DNA from: Sulfurovum sp. | GTDB lineage: Bacteria > Campylobacterota > Campylobacteria > Campylobacterales > Sulfurovaceae | Direction of reading: 5' to 3' | Length of the DNA: 45,772 nucleotides | Assembly: GCA_026982075.1 (NCBI GenBank) | Contig: JALSHU010000089.1 | Location: forward strand, 1 to 45,772 | Part shown: positions 9,981 through 19,666 of the stretch, piece after piece | Layout: each line of letters starts with the position of its first letter | How positions within the stretch are numbered: the stretch's first letter is position 1 | Translations under genes and position numbers: made by a program | Notes under the pieces: generated by a model | Databases searched by the model: none | The model's input: the letters and a program-made list of their open reading frames with translations, nothing else | Told to the model about the DNA's origin: nothing

Positions 9981-10802
9981 CTACATGAATTCTATTAGAA
10001 ACCCTCTATCAAATCCTGCTAAGTCTTTATAAAATTGTATGGATTCTACTCCAAGTTCATTAACAAAAGCTGAGAGTGGCTCTTTTTGGTCATATCCCAT
10101 TTCACAGGCAAGCCATCTGATGCCTCTTTTCTTCACATCTAAGATGATTTGTTTAATCAATTCATCACCTTTTCTACCACCAAAAAGAGCCTCCTTAGGT
10201 TCATAGTCTACCACATTTGAGTCTAGTGAAAAATCTTCTGCAATGTAAGGAGGATTAGAGACTACAAGTTCCACAGACTCACTTACCTTATCGATAAGGT
10301 TTGACTTACGTAATTCTATACGCTTCGAAAGTTCATATTTATTAATATTTAATTGTGCTACCTTCAATGGTATATCAGAAATATCTGTTGCAATACTCTG
10401 TAAATTTGGAAATTTCCTAGCCAATACCACAGAAATAGCCCCAGTCCCCACACCTATCTCTGCAATACGTGTAATGTTCTCCTTTTCGATGATGTCTGCT
10501 ACAAGATCAATGAGTATCTCCGTTTCAGGACGGGGGATCAGGACACCCTCTTCCACTGCCAAGTGAATGTCATAAAAACTAGCCTCTCCCACAATATACT
10601 CGCATGGTTCATGTTTAGATCGTCTCTCAATGAAACTTTTATATTTATTAATATCTTTTACTTCTTTATTATTATTCACTATCAAGTATGTACGGTCTTG
10701 CTTTAAATGATAGGCTAAAAGGATTTCTGCCTCATACTGAGGTCTCTCACAACATTCTATAAGTTGCCTCGTTCCCCATATGATATTTTCTTTGATTGTC
10801 AT
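9981..10802 (-). CDS. prmC: Release-factor glutamine methyltransferase
   Basis: VLIPRPETE, EIGVGTG, VSNPPYI, CEMGYDQ. Start placed at MTIKE (10802), downstream of an AGGA RBS. Confidence 0.95.
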   Translation of the reverse strand: MTIKENIIWGTRQLIECCERPQYEAEILLAYHLKQDRTYLIVNNNKEVKDINKYKSFIERRSKHEPCEYIVGEASFYDIHLAVEEGVLIPRPETEILIDLVADIIEKENITRIAEIGVGTGAISVVLARKFPNLQSIATDISDIPLKVAQLNINKYELSKRIELRKSNLIDKVSESVELVVSNPPYIAEDFSLDSNVVDYEPKEALFGGRKGDELIKQIILDVKKRGIRWLACEMGYDQKEPLSAFVNELGVESIQFYKDLAGFDRGFLIEFM

Positions 10803-10976
10803 AAATATATTCGTCCTAAACATTTTGTTATGCATGCTTTTATTTTATTATTATATAATGTAAAATTGTATTGTTATTATAGCAAAGGCTTCTTTGGCAT
10901 CATAACCAATCACTTTATTTTTTAATTTTTATACATTAACATACTTCACAAACACACAAAATGAAAGGTACATACG

Positions 10977-11504
10977 TTGATACAATATAACTTTCCAGCA
11001 CATGAACTTCTCCAAAAAGTAAAAAACTCTTTTCAAAATAGATTTTTAACAGACCAAGTAAGTCTGCGCTACCTTAAAGAAGGGTACATCAAAGCAACCG
11101 ATATCCCCTTTGTCAAACACATTGGCTTAAAAGAAGACAACACACAACTCTCTTTAGATTTAAAGAAGTCTGTTTGCAATCATGTTGAGACCATTCATGC
11201 AGCTGCACAATTTACCTTGGCAGAAACGGAGAGTGGTATGCATCTTCAAAGCCTCTTTCCAGAACTAGAGCAAAAGGTTATTCCTTTACTCAGAGAGGCT
11301 CAAATTAAATACAAAAAACCTGCTACACAAAAAATTGTAGCTTACTCTTTTGTTGAAGAAGAAGACGTTACAAGATTTAAACAACAATTTGAAAAAAAAG
11401 GAAAAGCTCTTCTTAAGATTAGAATAGAAATACGTGATATTGATGATATTCTTACTTGTGAAGCACGTTATACCTGGTATGTCCAAGCACGTGAAGATAA
11501 ATAA
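10977..11504 (+). CDS. Hotdog-fold thioesterase-like protein (PaaI/YiiD-C/DUF4442)
   Basis: IPFVKHIG, NHVETIHAAAQFTLAE, IKYKKPA; TTG start preceded by AAAGG. Confidence 0.75.
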   Translation: MIQYNFPAHELLQKVKNSFQNRFLTDQVSLRYLKEGYIKATDIPFVKHIGLKEDNTQLSLDLKKSVCNHVETIHAAAQFTLAETESGMHLQSLFPELEQKVIPLLREAQIKYKKPATQKIVAYSFVEEEDVTRFKQQFEKKGKALLKIRIEIRDIDDILTCEARYTWYVQAREDK

Positions 11505-11574
11505 TCATTTCTACTAACCTTACTCTATTCATGTCTAAATAGAGTATAAAGCTTTACTATATCCCACTTTTTAC

Positions 11575-12783
11575 TTACTTTGCATTAGAAGCATCATATC
11601 CAAGCTCTTTAAGCCTTTCAATTACTGGTGGATGTGTGTGATAAAAAAATATAACTAAAGGATGTGACTTTGGAAATGACTTGTTTTCAGTCACTAGTTT
11701 CATCAGTGCCGAAACTAAGTTTTCTTTACCTCCCATTCTAGAGCCAAACGCATCTGCTGCATACTCGTTATGACGACTTACAGCTGACATAAATGGTGTA
11801 AATACAAAAGAAAGTAGTGGAAGCAGTAGCATAAGCATTGCTATCTGTACACCTGCACTTGGTCTTAGCCCCATCTCTATAAAGAGTGTGTCTGGTAGAT
11901 GCCCAAAGAGATAAAAGGCGATGAACAGTAGTAAGCCCATAAGCCCTATGTTTTTCCAGATATCACCATGAGTAAAGTGTCCTAGTTCATGTCCAAGAAC
12001 TGCTAATAACTCTTTATTATTAAGCTTTTCTACAAGTGTATCAAAAAGTACTACACGTTTAGACTTTCCCAAGCCTCCAAAAAATGCATTCAGCCGTCCG
12101 TCACGTTTACTTGCATCCATGATGAAAATTCCATCATTTTTAAGTCCTACTTGCTCCATGAGTTTCGAGATTTCTACTTTAAGTTCTCCTTCTTCTATGG
12201 GAGTAAACTTATTAAACAACGCCATAAAAGTGGGCATGAGTACGTTGGCTAAAATAGCGATGGTAAACATTGTCGTAAAAGCCCATAGCCACCATAATTC
12301 AAAAGAACTGATAATCCACGCTAAGAGCGCAAATATCGCTCCTCCTATGGTGAAGAATAGTACACTAGATTTTATCGTGTCAAGTACAAACATTTTAGGT
12401 GACATTTTATTAAATCCAAAATCTTCATCTATTTTAAACTTTTGATAGAGTTCAAAAGGAAGACCTACAATGAAATTGATAACAATAAAACCAAACAAAA
12501 AGAGTACAGCTTCTACTATAGCACCATCTGCCTGTACAAAAGACGATAACCATGTAAAGCCTGCAATGACCCACCATATAAACATAAGATAGTCAACCAA
12601 TGTTGTCACTAACCCCAATTTACTATTGGCGACAGCATAATTCCCTGCTACGAGGTACTTCTGTTCTGACATTAGTACTGGTGTTTTGTGCTTTTCTTCA
12701 TTAATATACCCTATCTGCATAATAGAAATATAAATTTTCATAAAAGTATACATAGAGTATATGATAATAATCGTTTCTAACAT
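11575..12783 (-). CDS. M48-family (Ste24/CAAX-like) integral membrane zinc metallopeptidase
   Basis: HELGH, NAFFGG, EYAAD, HTHPP; multiple TM helices. Confidence 0.93.
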   Translation of the reverse strand: MLETIIIIYSMYTFMKIYISIMQIGYINEEKHKTPVLMSEQKYLVAGNYAVANSKLGLVTTLVDYLMFIWWVIAGFTWLSSFVQADGAIVEAVLFLFGFIVINFIVGLPFELYQKFKIDEDFGFNKMSPKMFVLDTIKSSVLFFTIGGAIFALLAWIISSFELWWLWAFTTMFTIAILANVLMPTFMALFNKFTPIEEGELKVEISKLMEQVGLKNDGIFIMDASKRDGRLNAFFGGLGKSKRVVLFDTLVEKLNNKELLAVLGHELGHFTHGDIWKNIGLMGLLLFIAFYLFGHLPDTLFIEMGLRPSAGVQIAMLMLLLPLLSFVFTPFMSAVSRHNEYAADAFGSRMGGKENLVSALMKLVTENKSFPKSHPLVIFFYHTHPPVIERLKELGYDASNAK

Positions 12784-12837
12784 AGTTGTCCTTGTGGCTC
12801 ATAATCACTTGAAATATACCTAATCAAGCCTTAAATC

Positions 12838-12858
12838 TGCTATAATTCAAGCATTATA
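12838..12858. promoter_or_regulatory. Overlapping divergent -10 boxes for the ABC-F gene (+) and the M48 peptidase gene (-)
   Basis: TGCTATAAT at 12838-12846 (+) and TATAAT on the minus strand at 12853-12858. Confidence 0.5.
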
Positions 12859-12873
12859 TGACAAGGAAATACA

Positions 12874-14808
12874 GTGGCGCTCATAGACCTTTTCAACATC
12901 AAAAAACAATATGATATAAAACTACTGCTTGATGATGTAGATTTTCATCTCAATACAGGTGAACGTATCGCTGTGGTAGGACAAAATGGCTGTGGAAAAT
13001 CTACCCTACTTAAAATTGCTTTAGGTATAGAGGAACCGACAGAAGGTAAGCGTGTAGTCAACACCAATCTTCAAATTGAGATGCTCTCCCAGCAACCTCA
13101 TTTTGATGCTACACTAACTGTACGAGATGCTATACTAAACGAACTAAATGATCTAAAAACTGCCCAAGATGAACATATAAAACTAAGTAAAGAAGTCGCC
13201 ATTGATTTTGAAAATAAAGAACTACTTAGCAAACTAGAAAATATCACAGCATTTCTTGATCATCACAATGCATGGAATTTAGATGACAAAATAGAACGCA
13301 TATTACAAGAGTTTAAACTCAAAGAATATGAGCACCGTTTGGTTATATCTCTTTCTGGTGGAGAACAAAGACGTGTTGCTTTAGCGTCGCTGGTACTTAA
13401 AAAACCTGATGTGCTTTTACTTGATGAACCTACCAACCACCTTGATGTCTACATGGTAGAATTTCTAGAAGAGATACTATTAAAAGAGAAATTTACCTTA
13501 CTTTTCATCTCTCATGACAGACATTTTATTGACACCATTGCCACACGTGTAATAGAAGTAGAAAACCAAGGGCTTGTCTCCTATAAAGGTGGTTATCGTG
13601 ACTACCTTTTGCAAAAAGAGGAGCGCATGAAATCACTGGCTAAAAGCCACGATACATTGCTTAAAATGCTTAAACGGGAGGAAGAATGGCTTGGTAAAAG
13701 TGTAAGGGCTAGAGAAAAACGTAACCAAGGGCGAAAAGCTAGAGTCTTTGAACTACGAGAACAAGCGAAGAAAAATCCTACCCTGATACGTAAAATGCAA
13801 GTAGAACTTGAACGTGAAAAAAAAAGTTGGAGAGGTGAAAAGGGCTTAAGTAAACGTAAAATGCTTTTTGATGTAGAAAACCTAAACTACTCTATAGCCA
13901 ACAAATTACTCATAGAGAACTTTTCTACGCGTATACTCCAACGTGACAAAATAGCTATTGTAGGCATTAATGGTGCAGGTAAATCTACCCTGTTAAAACT
14001 CTTTTTATCTCGACTAAACCCTAATGCAGGCAGCATAGATAAAGGTGAGTTCAGCATAGGCTACTTTGACCAACATAGAGAAATGCTGAATGATGAACAT
14101 ACTCTCATAGAAACATTTTGTCCTGATGGTGGGGATCATGTCGATGTACAAGGTGCTCATATGCATGTCTATGCTTATCTAAAAACCTTTCTCTTTCCAG
14201 AAGAATATATGACAAAAAAAGTGAGACAACTCTCAGGAGGAGAAAAAAACCGTGTCGCGTTAGCACTACTCTTTACCAAAAATGTTGAGTGTCTTATACT
14301 TGATGAACCCACCAATGATTTAGATATTCAAACTATTACCATCTTAGAAGATAAACTCATTGCTTTTCCCGGTGCACTTCTTTTTGTATCACATGACCGT
14401 TACTTTATAGATAAAATAGCTTCTAAACTGTTCATTTTTAAAGGAAATGGTATAGTAGAAGAATCGTATCAAACCTATACTGAATATTTAGAAATAGAAA
14501 AAGAGATGAAAGAACTTGATTCACTTGAAGATGAAATAAAAATAAATTCTAAAACCGAAAGTACTGTCAAAGTAAAAAACAAAACAAAACTCAGTTACAA
14601 AGAACAATACGATTATGATCATTTACCTGATGAAATAGAAGCATTGGAACTTAAAATAGCTGAGATAAATGATTGTCTTTACAATCCAGAATGTTATGAG
14701 GGAAAAGGGTTAAGTGAACTAAGTGAAGAACTAAGTAAGCTCAAAACTATATATGAAGAAAAAACCGATAGATATTTGGAGGTTTTAGAGATTTTTGAAG
14801 CTCTTTAA
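12874..14808 (+). CDS. ABC-F family ATPase (Uup-like)
   Basis: Two NBDs (GQNGCGKS/LSGGE/LDEPTNHLD and GINGAGKS/LSGGE/LDEPTNDLD), no TM segments, C-terminal KLSYKEQ coiled coil. Confidence 0.92.
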   Translation: MALIDLFNIKKQYDIKLLLDDVDFHLNTGERIAVVGQNGCGKSTLLKIALGIEEPTEGKRVVNTNLQIEMLSQQPHFDATLTVRDAILNELNDLKTAQDEHIKLSKEVAIDFENKELLSKLENITAFLDHHNAWNLDDKIERILQEFKLKEYEHRLVISLSGGEQRRVALASLVLKKPDVLLLDEPTNHLDVYMVEFLEEILLKEKFTLLFISHDRHFIDTIATRVIEVENQGLVSYKGGYRDYLLQKEERMKSLAKSHDTLLKMLKREEEWLGKSVRAREKRNQGRKARVFELREQAKKNPTLIRKMQVELEREKKSWRGEKGLSKRKMLFDVENLNYSIANKLLIENFSTRILQRDKIAIVGINGAGKSTLLKLFLSRLNPNAGSIDKGEFSIGYFDQHREMLNDEHTLIETFCPDGGDHVDVQGAHMHVYAYLKTFLFPEEYMTKKVRQLSGGEKNRVALALLFTKNVECLILDEPTNDLDIQTITILEDKLIAFPGALLFVSHDRYFIDKIASKLFIFKGNGIVEESYQTYTEYLEIEKEMKELDSLEDEIKINSKTESTVKVKNKTKLSYKEQYDYDHLPDEIEALELKIAEINDCLYNPECYEGKGLSELSEELSKLKTIYEEKTDRYLEVLEIFEAL

Positions 14809-14851
14809 ATGAGACAAGAAATTTCTATTCTTCATCATCATTCATGATGTC

Positions 14852-15988
14852 TTACCAGTAAATTACAACACTACGTCTTCCCCAACGTAATGCTTTTCTT
14901 CTATTAACCCCCATATAAATATCAATACGTTTTCTGTACCGTTTATTCATCTTGTCACGTACTCTATAATACCCAGGAAGACCACCTATACGTACTCTTG
15001 TCCCATTCTTCATACCATATCTCGTTAACATATCACGAGAAACTGCGATGATTTTCATACCCGGACGCAAACGATTATTCCATGCTGCAAGAAATGGTGT
15101 TTTATCTGTTTGCCCTCTATGTGAACTATAGGCCGTAGCAGTAACACGAAGTTTTCGTTTGCCAAAAGCACGTAACATTTTAACATCACGACTTTTGGTT
15201 CGTCTTTTTTTCAATTTTGATTTCTTCTTTGCAGCCAATCTTTTTTTATCTGCTTCAATTTTCTTTTTTACATACGGCAAAGGTAATTTGAATTTCTTTC
15301 CTGCTTTAATCGTACTATCAGACTTCACATTATTGAACTTGAGCAACTCATCTGGATCTATCTTGAATTTATGTGCAATAGCAAGTATTGTATCCCCTGA
15401 TTCTATAGTATATTCTGCTCTTGTAATAGCATTTATTATATTTTGAGGAAGAGGGATTTTAAGTTTTTGACCTATTTTTATTTTTGAGTTCTTATCTATT
15501 TTATTTAAAAGCATAAGTTCTTTTGTCGAAAGGTAAAACTTACTGGCAATCTTACTCAAGGCATCTCCACCTACAACAATATATTGACCAAATACTTTTT
15601 CTTGTTTCACAGGTTTTGATATATTTGCATCTGCAATGCTAATATTTTCTTCTGCTTTATCCTCGGCAACAGTTACTTCAAAAGATGCTTCATCCAAAGG
15701 CCATTGAAAGCGTAAAGAATCTTCCACTCTTACATATCGTTCTATCATTTCGGCAACTGAAATAATTTTAACTTTTGGTTTTTCTGGAACAGGAAGGGTT
15801 TTAGAGATAATTAATTTCTTACTATCTTTATCGTATCTAATTTCTTTTGCCCGTATCAATTTACTCCCGTAAGGATTACACACTGTTGTACCCCCTACAA
15901 TAACCCTACAGTCAACAATACCCTTTGCAAAGGTAAGTTCACAAATAAACAATGTATAGAGTAAAAATATTAAATACTGTCTTGGCAT
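14852..15988 (-). CDS. Exported LysM-LysM-3D-domain peptidoglycan-active protein
   Basis: Signal peptide; two LysM repeats (YIVVGGDALSKIA, YTIESGDTILAIA); Lys-rich linker; 3D-like domain VTATAYSS...IAVSRD...RIDIYMG. Confidence 0.85.
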   Translation of the reverse strand: MPRQYLIFLLYTLFICELTFAKGIVDCRVIVGGTTVCNPYGSKLIRAKEIRYDKDSKKLIISKTLPVPEKPKVKIISVAEMIERYVRVEDSLRFQWPLDEASFEVTVAEDKAEENISIADANISKPVKQEKVFGQYIVVGGDALSKIASKFYLSTKELMLLNKIDKNSKIKIGQKLKIPLPQNIINAITRAEYTIESGDTILAIAHKFKIDPDELLKFNNVKSDSTIKAGKKFKLPLPYVKKKIEADKKRLAAKKKSKLKKRRTKSRDVKMLRAFGKRKLRVTATAYSSHRGQTDKTPFLAAWNNRLRPGMKIIAVSRDMLTRYGMKNGTRVRIGGLPGYYRVRDKMNKRYRKRIDIYMGVNRRKALRWGRRSVVIYW

Positions 15989-16002
15989 AACGTTATGCTA
16001 AA

Positions 16003-17469
16003 CTATAAAAAGTTTAACATCTCTCCTTTTATAAATTCTTTTTCAACTACCACAGTATGTATAACTGGCTTAGCGAATAGCCCATCAATCATTGCTGGTA
16101 CTTTAACATTTGCATGTTGACTCACCCACTTTAAGGCTTCGATATCTTCTCTAACCTCTTGACCTAACGCTTTAGAAACAGCTGGTGAGAACTTAGTCCA
16201 CTCAGCAGTAGAATATACAATAGTTTTCAAAGGTTTTTCACGAAGTGTCTCATATGCTCTCATACAAGTAGCCGTATGTGGATCCATAATATACCCACTC
16301 TTGGCATATTTACCCATAACTTCATCACACTCTACATCATCAGAAAAAGATGCATCAAAGTCTTCTCTCAATGATGCCAACTCATTTTTTGTCAGTTGAA
16401 ACTTACCTTCTTTTTCTAAAGAGTCCATTAACTCTTTTGTACGTTTTGCACCAAATTTATCATACATAATACGTTCAATATTCGAGGACTTTAAGATATC
16501 CATAGCTGGTGATTCTGTTAGAATAAGTTTTCTACTATTTAGGTCATAAGTGCCTGTTGTAATCCAATCCGTCAAAATATTGTTAATATTTGAGGCAATC
16601 AGAATCTTTTCTATAGGTAATCCAGCTTTCTTTGCATAATATGCACCCAAGGCATTGCCAAAATTACCACTTGGGACAACAAGATATATTTTTTCACCCA
16701 TAGTGATTTGCTCTTTTCTTACCAGTTCTAAATAAGAATGAATATGATAAATAATTTGAAAAATAATACGTCCAAAATTCACAGAGTTTGCTGCAGAAAG
16801 TTTAATACCCCGCTCTTTAAGTTCTAATTTGAAATCTTCTGATGCCAATAAAGCTTTTAAGCTATGCTGTGTGTCATCAAAGTTTCCTTTAACCCCAATG
16901 ACCTTTAGGTTTGAGGCATCTTCTGTAACCATTTGTAATTTTTGGACATCTGATGTACCACCATCAGGATAAAGACATGCTACTTTTACACCTTGTTGGT
17001 TTTTGAATGTTTCTAATGTTGCAGGTCCTGTATCACCACTTGTTGCAGCCATGATAAGATAGTTTTCATCCCTATTTTGTGCTAACTTACTTAATATATA
17101 ACCAAAAGGCTGTAATGCCATATCTTTAAAAGCACGGGTAGGTCCATGATACAACTCAGACACAAAACAATCATCTTCAATTTGTGAAAGAGGAACAGGG
17201 TTGCTGGGGTCATCGAAACTATCATATCTGCTTAAGGCTGCTTTCAATATTTTTTCTTCAATATCGATATCAAAAGCTTGTAAAAAATCTAATGCCAGTG
17301 TTTTATAATGACTAGAAAGGTGTCCTTCTAAAAAGTTTTGATCTAACTTTGGAAGGGATTGTGGTACATAAAGCCCACCAAAACTAGCACTTGGGCTGAG
17401 TATCGCATCTGAAAAAGATACACTAGATGGTTTTTTACCATCATTACCACGAGTTTCAATAAATTGCAT
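16003..17469 (-). CDS. thrC: Threonine synthase
   Basis: GGLYVP, ELYHGPTRAFKD (PLP lysine), ATSGDTG, SANSVNFGR, VPSGNFGN. Confidence 0.97.
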   Translation of the reverse strand: MQFIETRGNDGKKPSSVSFSDAILSPSASFGGLYVPQSLPKLDQNFLEGHLSSHYKTLALDFLQAFDIDIEEKILKAALSRYDSFDDPSNPVPLSQIEDDCFVSELYHGPTRAFKDMALQPFGYILSKLAQNRDENYLIMAATSGDTGPATLETFKNQQGVKVACLYPDGGTSDVQKLQMVTEDASNLKVIGVKGNFDDTQHSLKALLASEDFKLELKERGIKLSAANSVNFGRIIFQIIYHIHSYLELVRKEQITMGEKIYLVVPSGNFGNALGAYYAKKAGLPIEKILIASNINNILTDWITTGTYDLNSRKLILTESPAMDILKSSNIERIMYDKFGAKRTKELMDSLEKEGKFQLTKNELASLREDFDASFSDDVECDEVMGKYAKSGYIMDPHTATCMRAYETLREKPLKTIVYSTAEWTKFSPAVSKALGQEVREDIEALKWVSQHANVKVPAMIDGLFAKPVIHTVVVEKEFIKGEMLNFL

Positions 17470-17506
17470 CTATATAGTCCTGTATATGTAAATAAATAAT
17501 CGTTAT

Positions 17507-17514
17507 ATTATAAC
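17507..17514 (-). promoter_or_regulatory. Putative -10 box (gtTATAAT) for thrC
   Basis: Matches the Campylobacterota gnTAnaAT consensus about 40 bp upstream of the thrC ATG, which also has an AGGA RBS. Confidence 0.55.
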
Positions 17515-17720
17515 CAAAAAAACTGACAAATAGCGCTATATGCTTATATTTGTAGCTCATAAACAATAAAAATAGTTTTGATTTTACAGGATAGAGGAAT
17601 CGTTAGTATCTAGCTTTTATGAAAATAAAATCACTTATATTTATCAAGTATATTTAGGGAAAAAGAATGTCAATTAACATAACTGATCCATATCATAAAA
17701 ACTAAATACAATTTGAATAG

Positions 17721-17748
17721 AAAAAAAAGTGTTCTTAAAAGTTAAGAA
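17721..17748 (-). terminator. Weak intrinsic terminator downstream of the riboswitch aptamer
   Basis: Minus strand TTCTTAA-CTT-TTAAGAA, then CAC and a T8 tract. Confidence 0.5.
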
Positions 17749-17764
17749 GTAGTCTTTATATCTC

Positions 17765-17840
17765 TATTGGTAGTCTGGCAATCTACATGAGACCCATAAC
17801 TTTCTGCCCTTACCTCGCGACAAGTTTAGCTTTTTCAATA
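17765..17840 (-). ncRNA. GEMM-I / c-di-GMP-I riboswitch aptamer
   Basis: Minus strand UAUUG-AAAAA-GCUAAA-CUUGUC-GCGA-GGUAAG-GGCAG-AA-AGUUAUGG-GUCU-CAUGU-AGAU-UG-CCAGACU-AC-CAAUA. P1 (UAUUG/CAAUA), P2 with GNRA tetraloop, AAA/AAAG junction motifs and P3 all pair as expected. Confidence 0.85.
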
Positions 17841-17901
17841 CAGTATAACCGTATAAAGAATATTAACATAGGCTTCCTTAATCTAATCCCTAAGAAATAT
17901 A

Positions 17902-18759
17902 CTATAACTCTATACAAGTTCCCACACCAGAACTTGTTAAAATTTCTAATAAAAGAGAATGTTCCACACGCCCATCTATAATATGTGCTTTTTTCACACC
18001 ACCACGTAAGGCCTCAATGCAGGCATCAACCTTGGGAACCATACCACCTTGTATGGTTCCATCAACTTTCAATGCTTCAGTTTTTTCTATACTTAAATTC
18101 GTTATGAGTTGCATCTCTTTATCTAAAACCCCTAGTGTATCTGTTAAAAAAAGTACTTTGCGAGCTTCCATCGCTACTGCTATTTTGGAAGCCGCCAAAT
18201 CTGCATTGATATTAAACCCAGGATGTCCTATTGTGCTACTTCCTGCAATAGGTGCGATAACAGGAATAGCACCATCTTCTATAATATTATCAACAATTTC
18301 AGGATTAATATGTTCTATTTTTCCTGTATATCCAAAATGTTCAAAATCTTTAGGCATACCTTTTAAAAACCCACCATCTTTACCTGAAATACCTATGGCT
18401 TTACTTCCATGGTTATCTAAAAGTGAAACGATCTCTTTATTTATCTGTCCGGACAATACCATTTCTGCAATGCGCATCACTTCTTTTGTTGTTACACGTT
18501 GTCCTTCTACAAACGTACTTTCTATTCCCAGGTCTGCCAATAAATCTGAAATACTTTTACCTCCCCCATGTACCACAATAGGTTTCATCCCTACCAAATG
18601 TAACAAAACGATATCTTGTGCAAACTGTTCTTTAAGTTCAGGACTTGTTTGTGCTGAACCGCCATATTTGATAACTATTTTTTCATTCGTAAATTTTTTG
18701 ATAAATGGAAGTGCATCAAGGAGTGTCTTTACAACCTCTATATTACTTTTCACAATCAT
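17902..18759 (-). CDS. argB: Acetylglutamate kinase
   Basis: VIKYGGSA, VHGGG, NINAD, FLTD, GGMVPKV, HIIDGR. Confidence 0.97.
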   Translation of the reverse strand: MIVKSNIEVVKTLLDALPFIKKFTNEKIVIKYGGSAQTSPELKEQFAQDIVLLHLVGMKPIVVHGGGKSISDLLADLGIESTFVEGQRVTTKEVMRIAEMVLSGQINKEIVSLLDNHGSKAIGISGKDGGFLKGMPKDFEHFGYTGKIEHINPEIVDNIIEDGAIPVIAPIAGSSTIGHPGFNINADLAASKIAVAMEARKVLFLTDTLGVLDKEMQLITNLSIEKTEALKVDGTIQGGMVPKVDACIEALRGGVKKAHIIDGRVEHSLLLEILTSSGVGTCIEL

Positions 18760-19666
18760 ACCCTTCTATATACTCATCAATGTGAGTAAAAATTTCATTT
18801 TGAATCTCTAATTCTAACTTCATTTCTGAAATAGGCAACTTAAACCCATCCATCTTTACCCTATCTTTAGACGTACATAAGATAGAATTAGCATGATTTA
18901 TTTTTAACAAATTTCTTAACTCTTTTTCATTAAAATATGCATGATCTGCATAGTAATACTTTTGTACTACATTTGAGGGTAGATATTTATCTAAACGTTT
19001 TGGATTAGAAATCGCTGTAACTAATATCATCCTGTCTGTTGCATCTTCTATCGTTACTTTTCTTGTAAATTCTTTTTCTTCTCTTGCAATGATATCTGCT
19101 TGTTTTCTTGTAGAAAAAAATTCTCTAAATGGTCCTGAAGGAAATGCATAATGGTTACGTATTTTCTCTGGTTCTAAAAGAATATCATATTTGTCTATCT
19201 TTACTTTATTAAACCCATCATCTAAAATGATGATATTTACACCTCTTTTTTCTACAAAATCAATAGCTTTATCCCTATCTTCACTCACCACAACAGTAGC
19301 TTTTGGTAAGGATCTTGCCATTAACATAGGCTCATCACCACTTTTTTTGACATCTACCAGTATCTTTCCTTGTCTACTCACTTCCACCAAGCCCTTGCTT
19401 TGGCGTCCATATCCACGAGAAATGATTGCAACATTTGAATACTTAGAGGCCAAGTTGATGACAAACGGCGTTTTACCTGACCCTCCCACAATGAGATTTC
19501 CTACTGAGATGATAGGGGTTTTGTAACAGACTGTTTTTGCAAATTTTCTTCGTAACCACATACCCATGCCATATATCAAAGAAAAAGGGAAGAACCCCAT
19601 AATATATACATAATGGTACCACTTAGGTGAAAAAAACACCTGTTCAAAAAAAGATTTTATGAACAT
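18743..19666 (-). CDS. lpxK: Tetraacyldisaccharide 4'-kinase
   Basis: ISVGNLIVGGSGKTP, SRGYG, GDEP, LDDGF, GPFRE, DHAYF, TSKD. Confidence 0.94.
   Translation of the reverse strand: MFIKSFFEQVFFSPKWYHYVYIMGFFPFSLIYGMGMWLRRKFAKTVCYKTPIISVGNLIVGGSGKTPFVINLASKYSNVAIISRGYGRQSKGLVEVSRQGKILVDVKKSGDEPMLMARSLPKATVVVSEDRDKAIDFVEKRGVNIIILDDGFNKVKIDKYDILLEPEKIRNHYAFPSGPFREFFSTRKQADIIAREEKEFTRKVTIEDATDRMILVTAISNPKRLDKYLPSNVVQKYYYADHAYFNEKELRNLLKINHANSILCTSKDRVKMDGFKLPISEMKLELEIQNEIFTHIDEYIEGYDCEK

Noticed and set aside
17842-17849. TATACT box as the riboswitch promoter
   Set aside because: It sits 1 nt from the P1 5' strand, so a start 6-7 nt downstream would truncate P1; the true promoter is left unassigned.
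17787-17981. 64-aa plus-strand ORF
   Set aside because: It is antisense to the riboswitch and the argB 3' end, with no RBS or motif.
18017-18811. 264-aa plus-strand ORF antisense to argB, and the many shorter antisense or alternate-frame ORFs in the track
   Set aside because: They mirror well-supported conserved genes, show no recognisable motifs, and are expected from codon bias.
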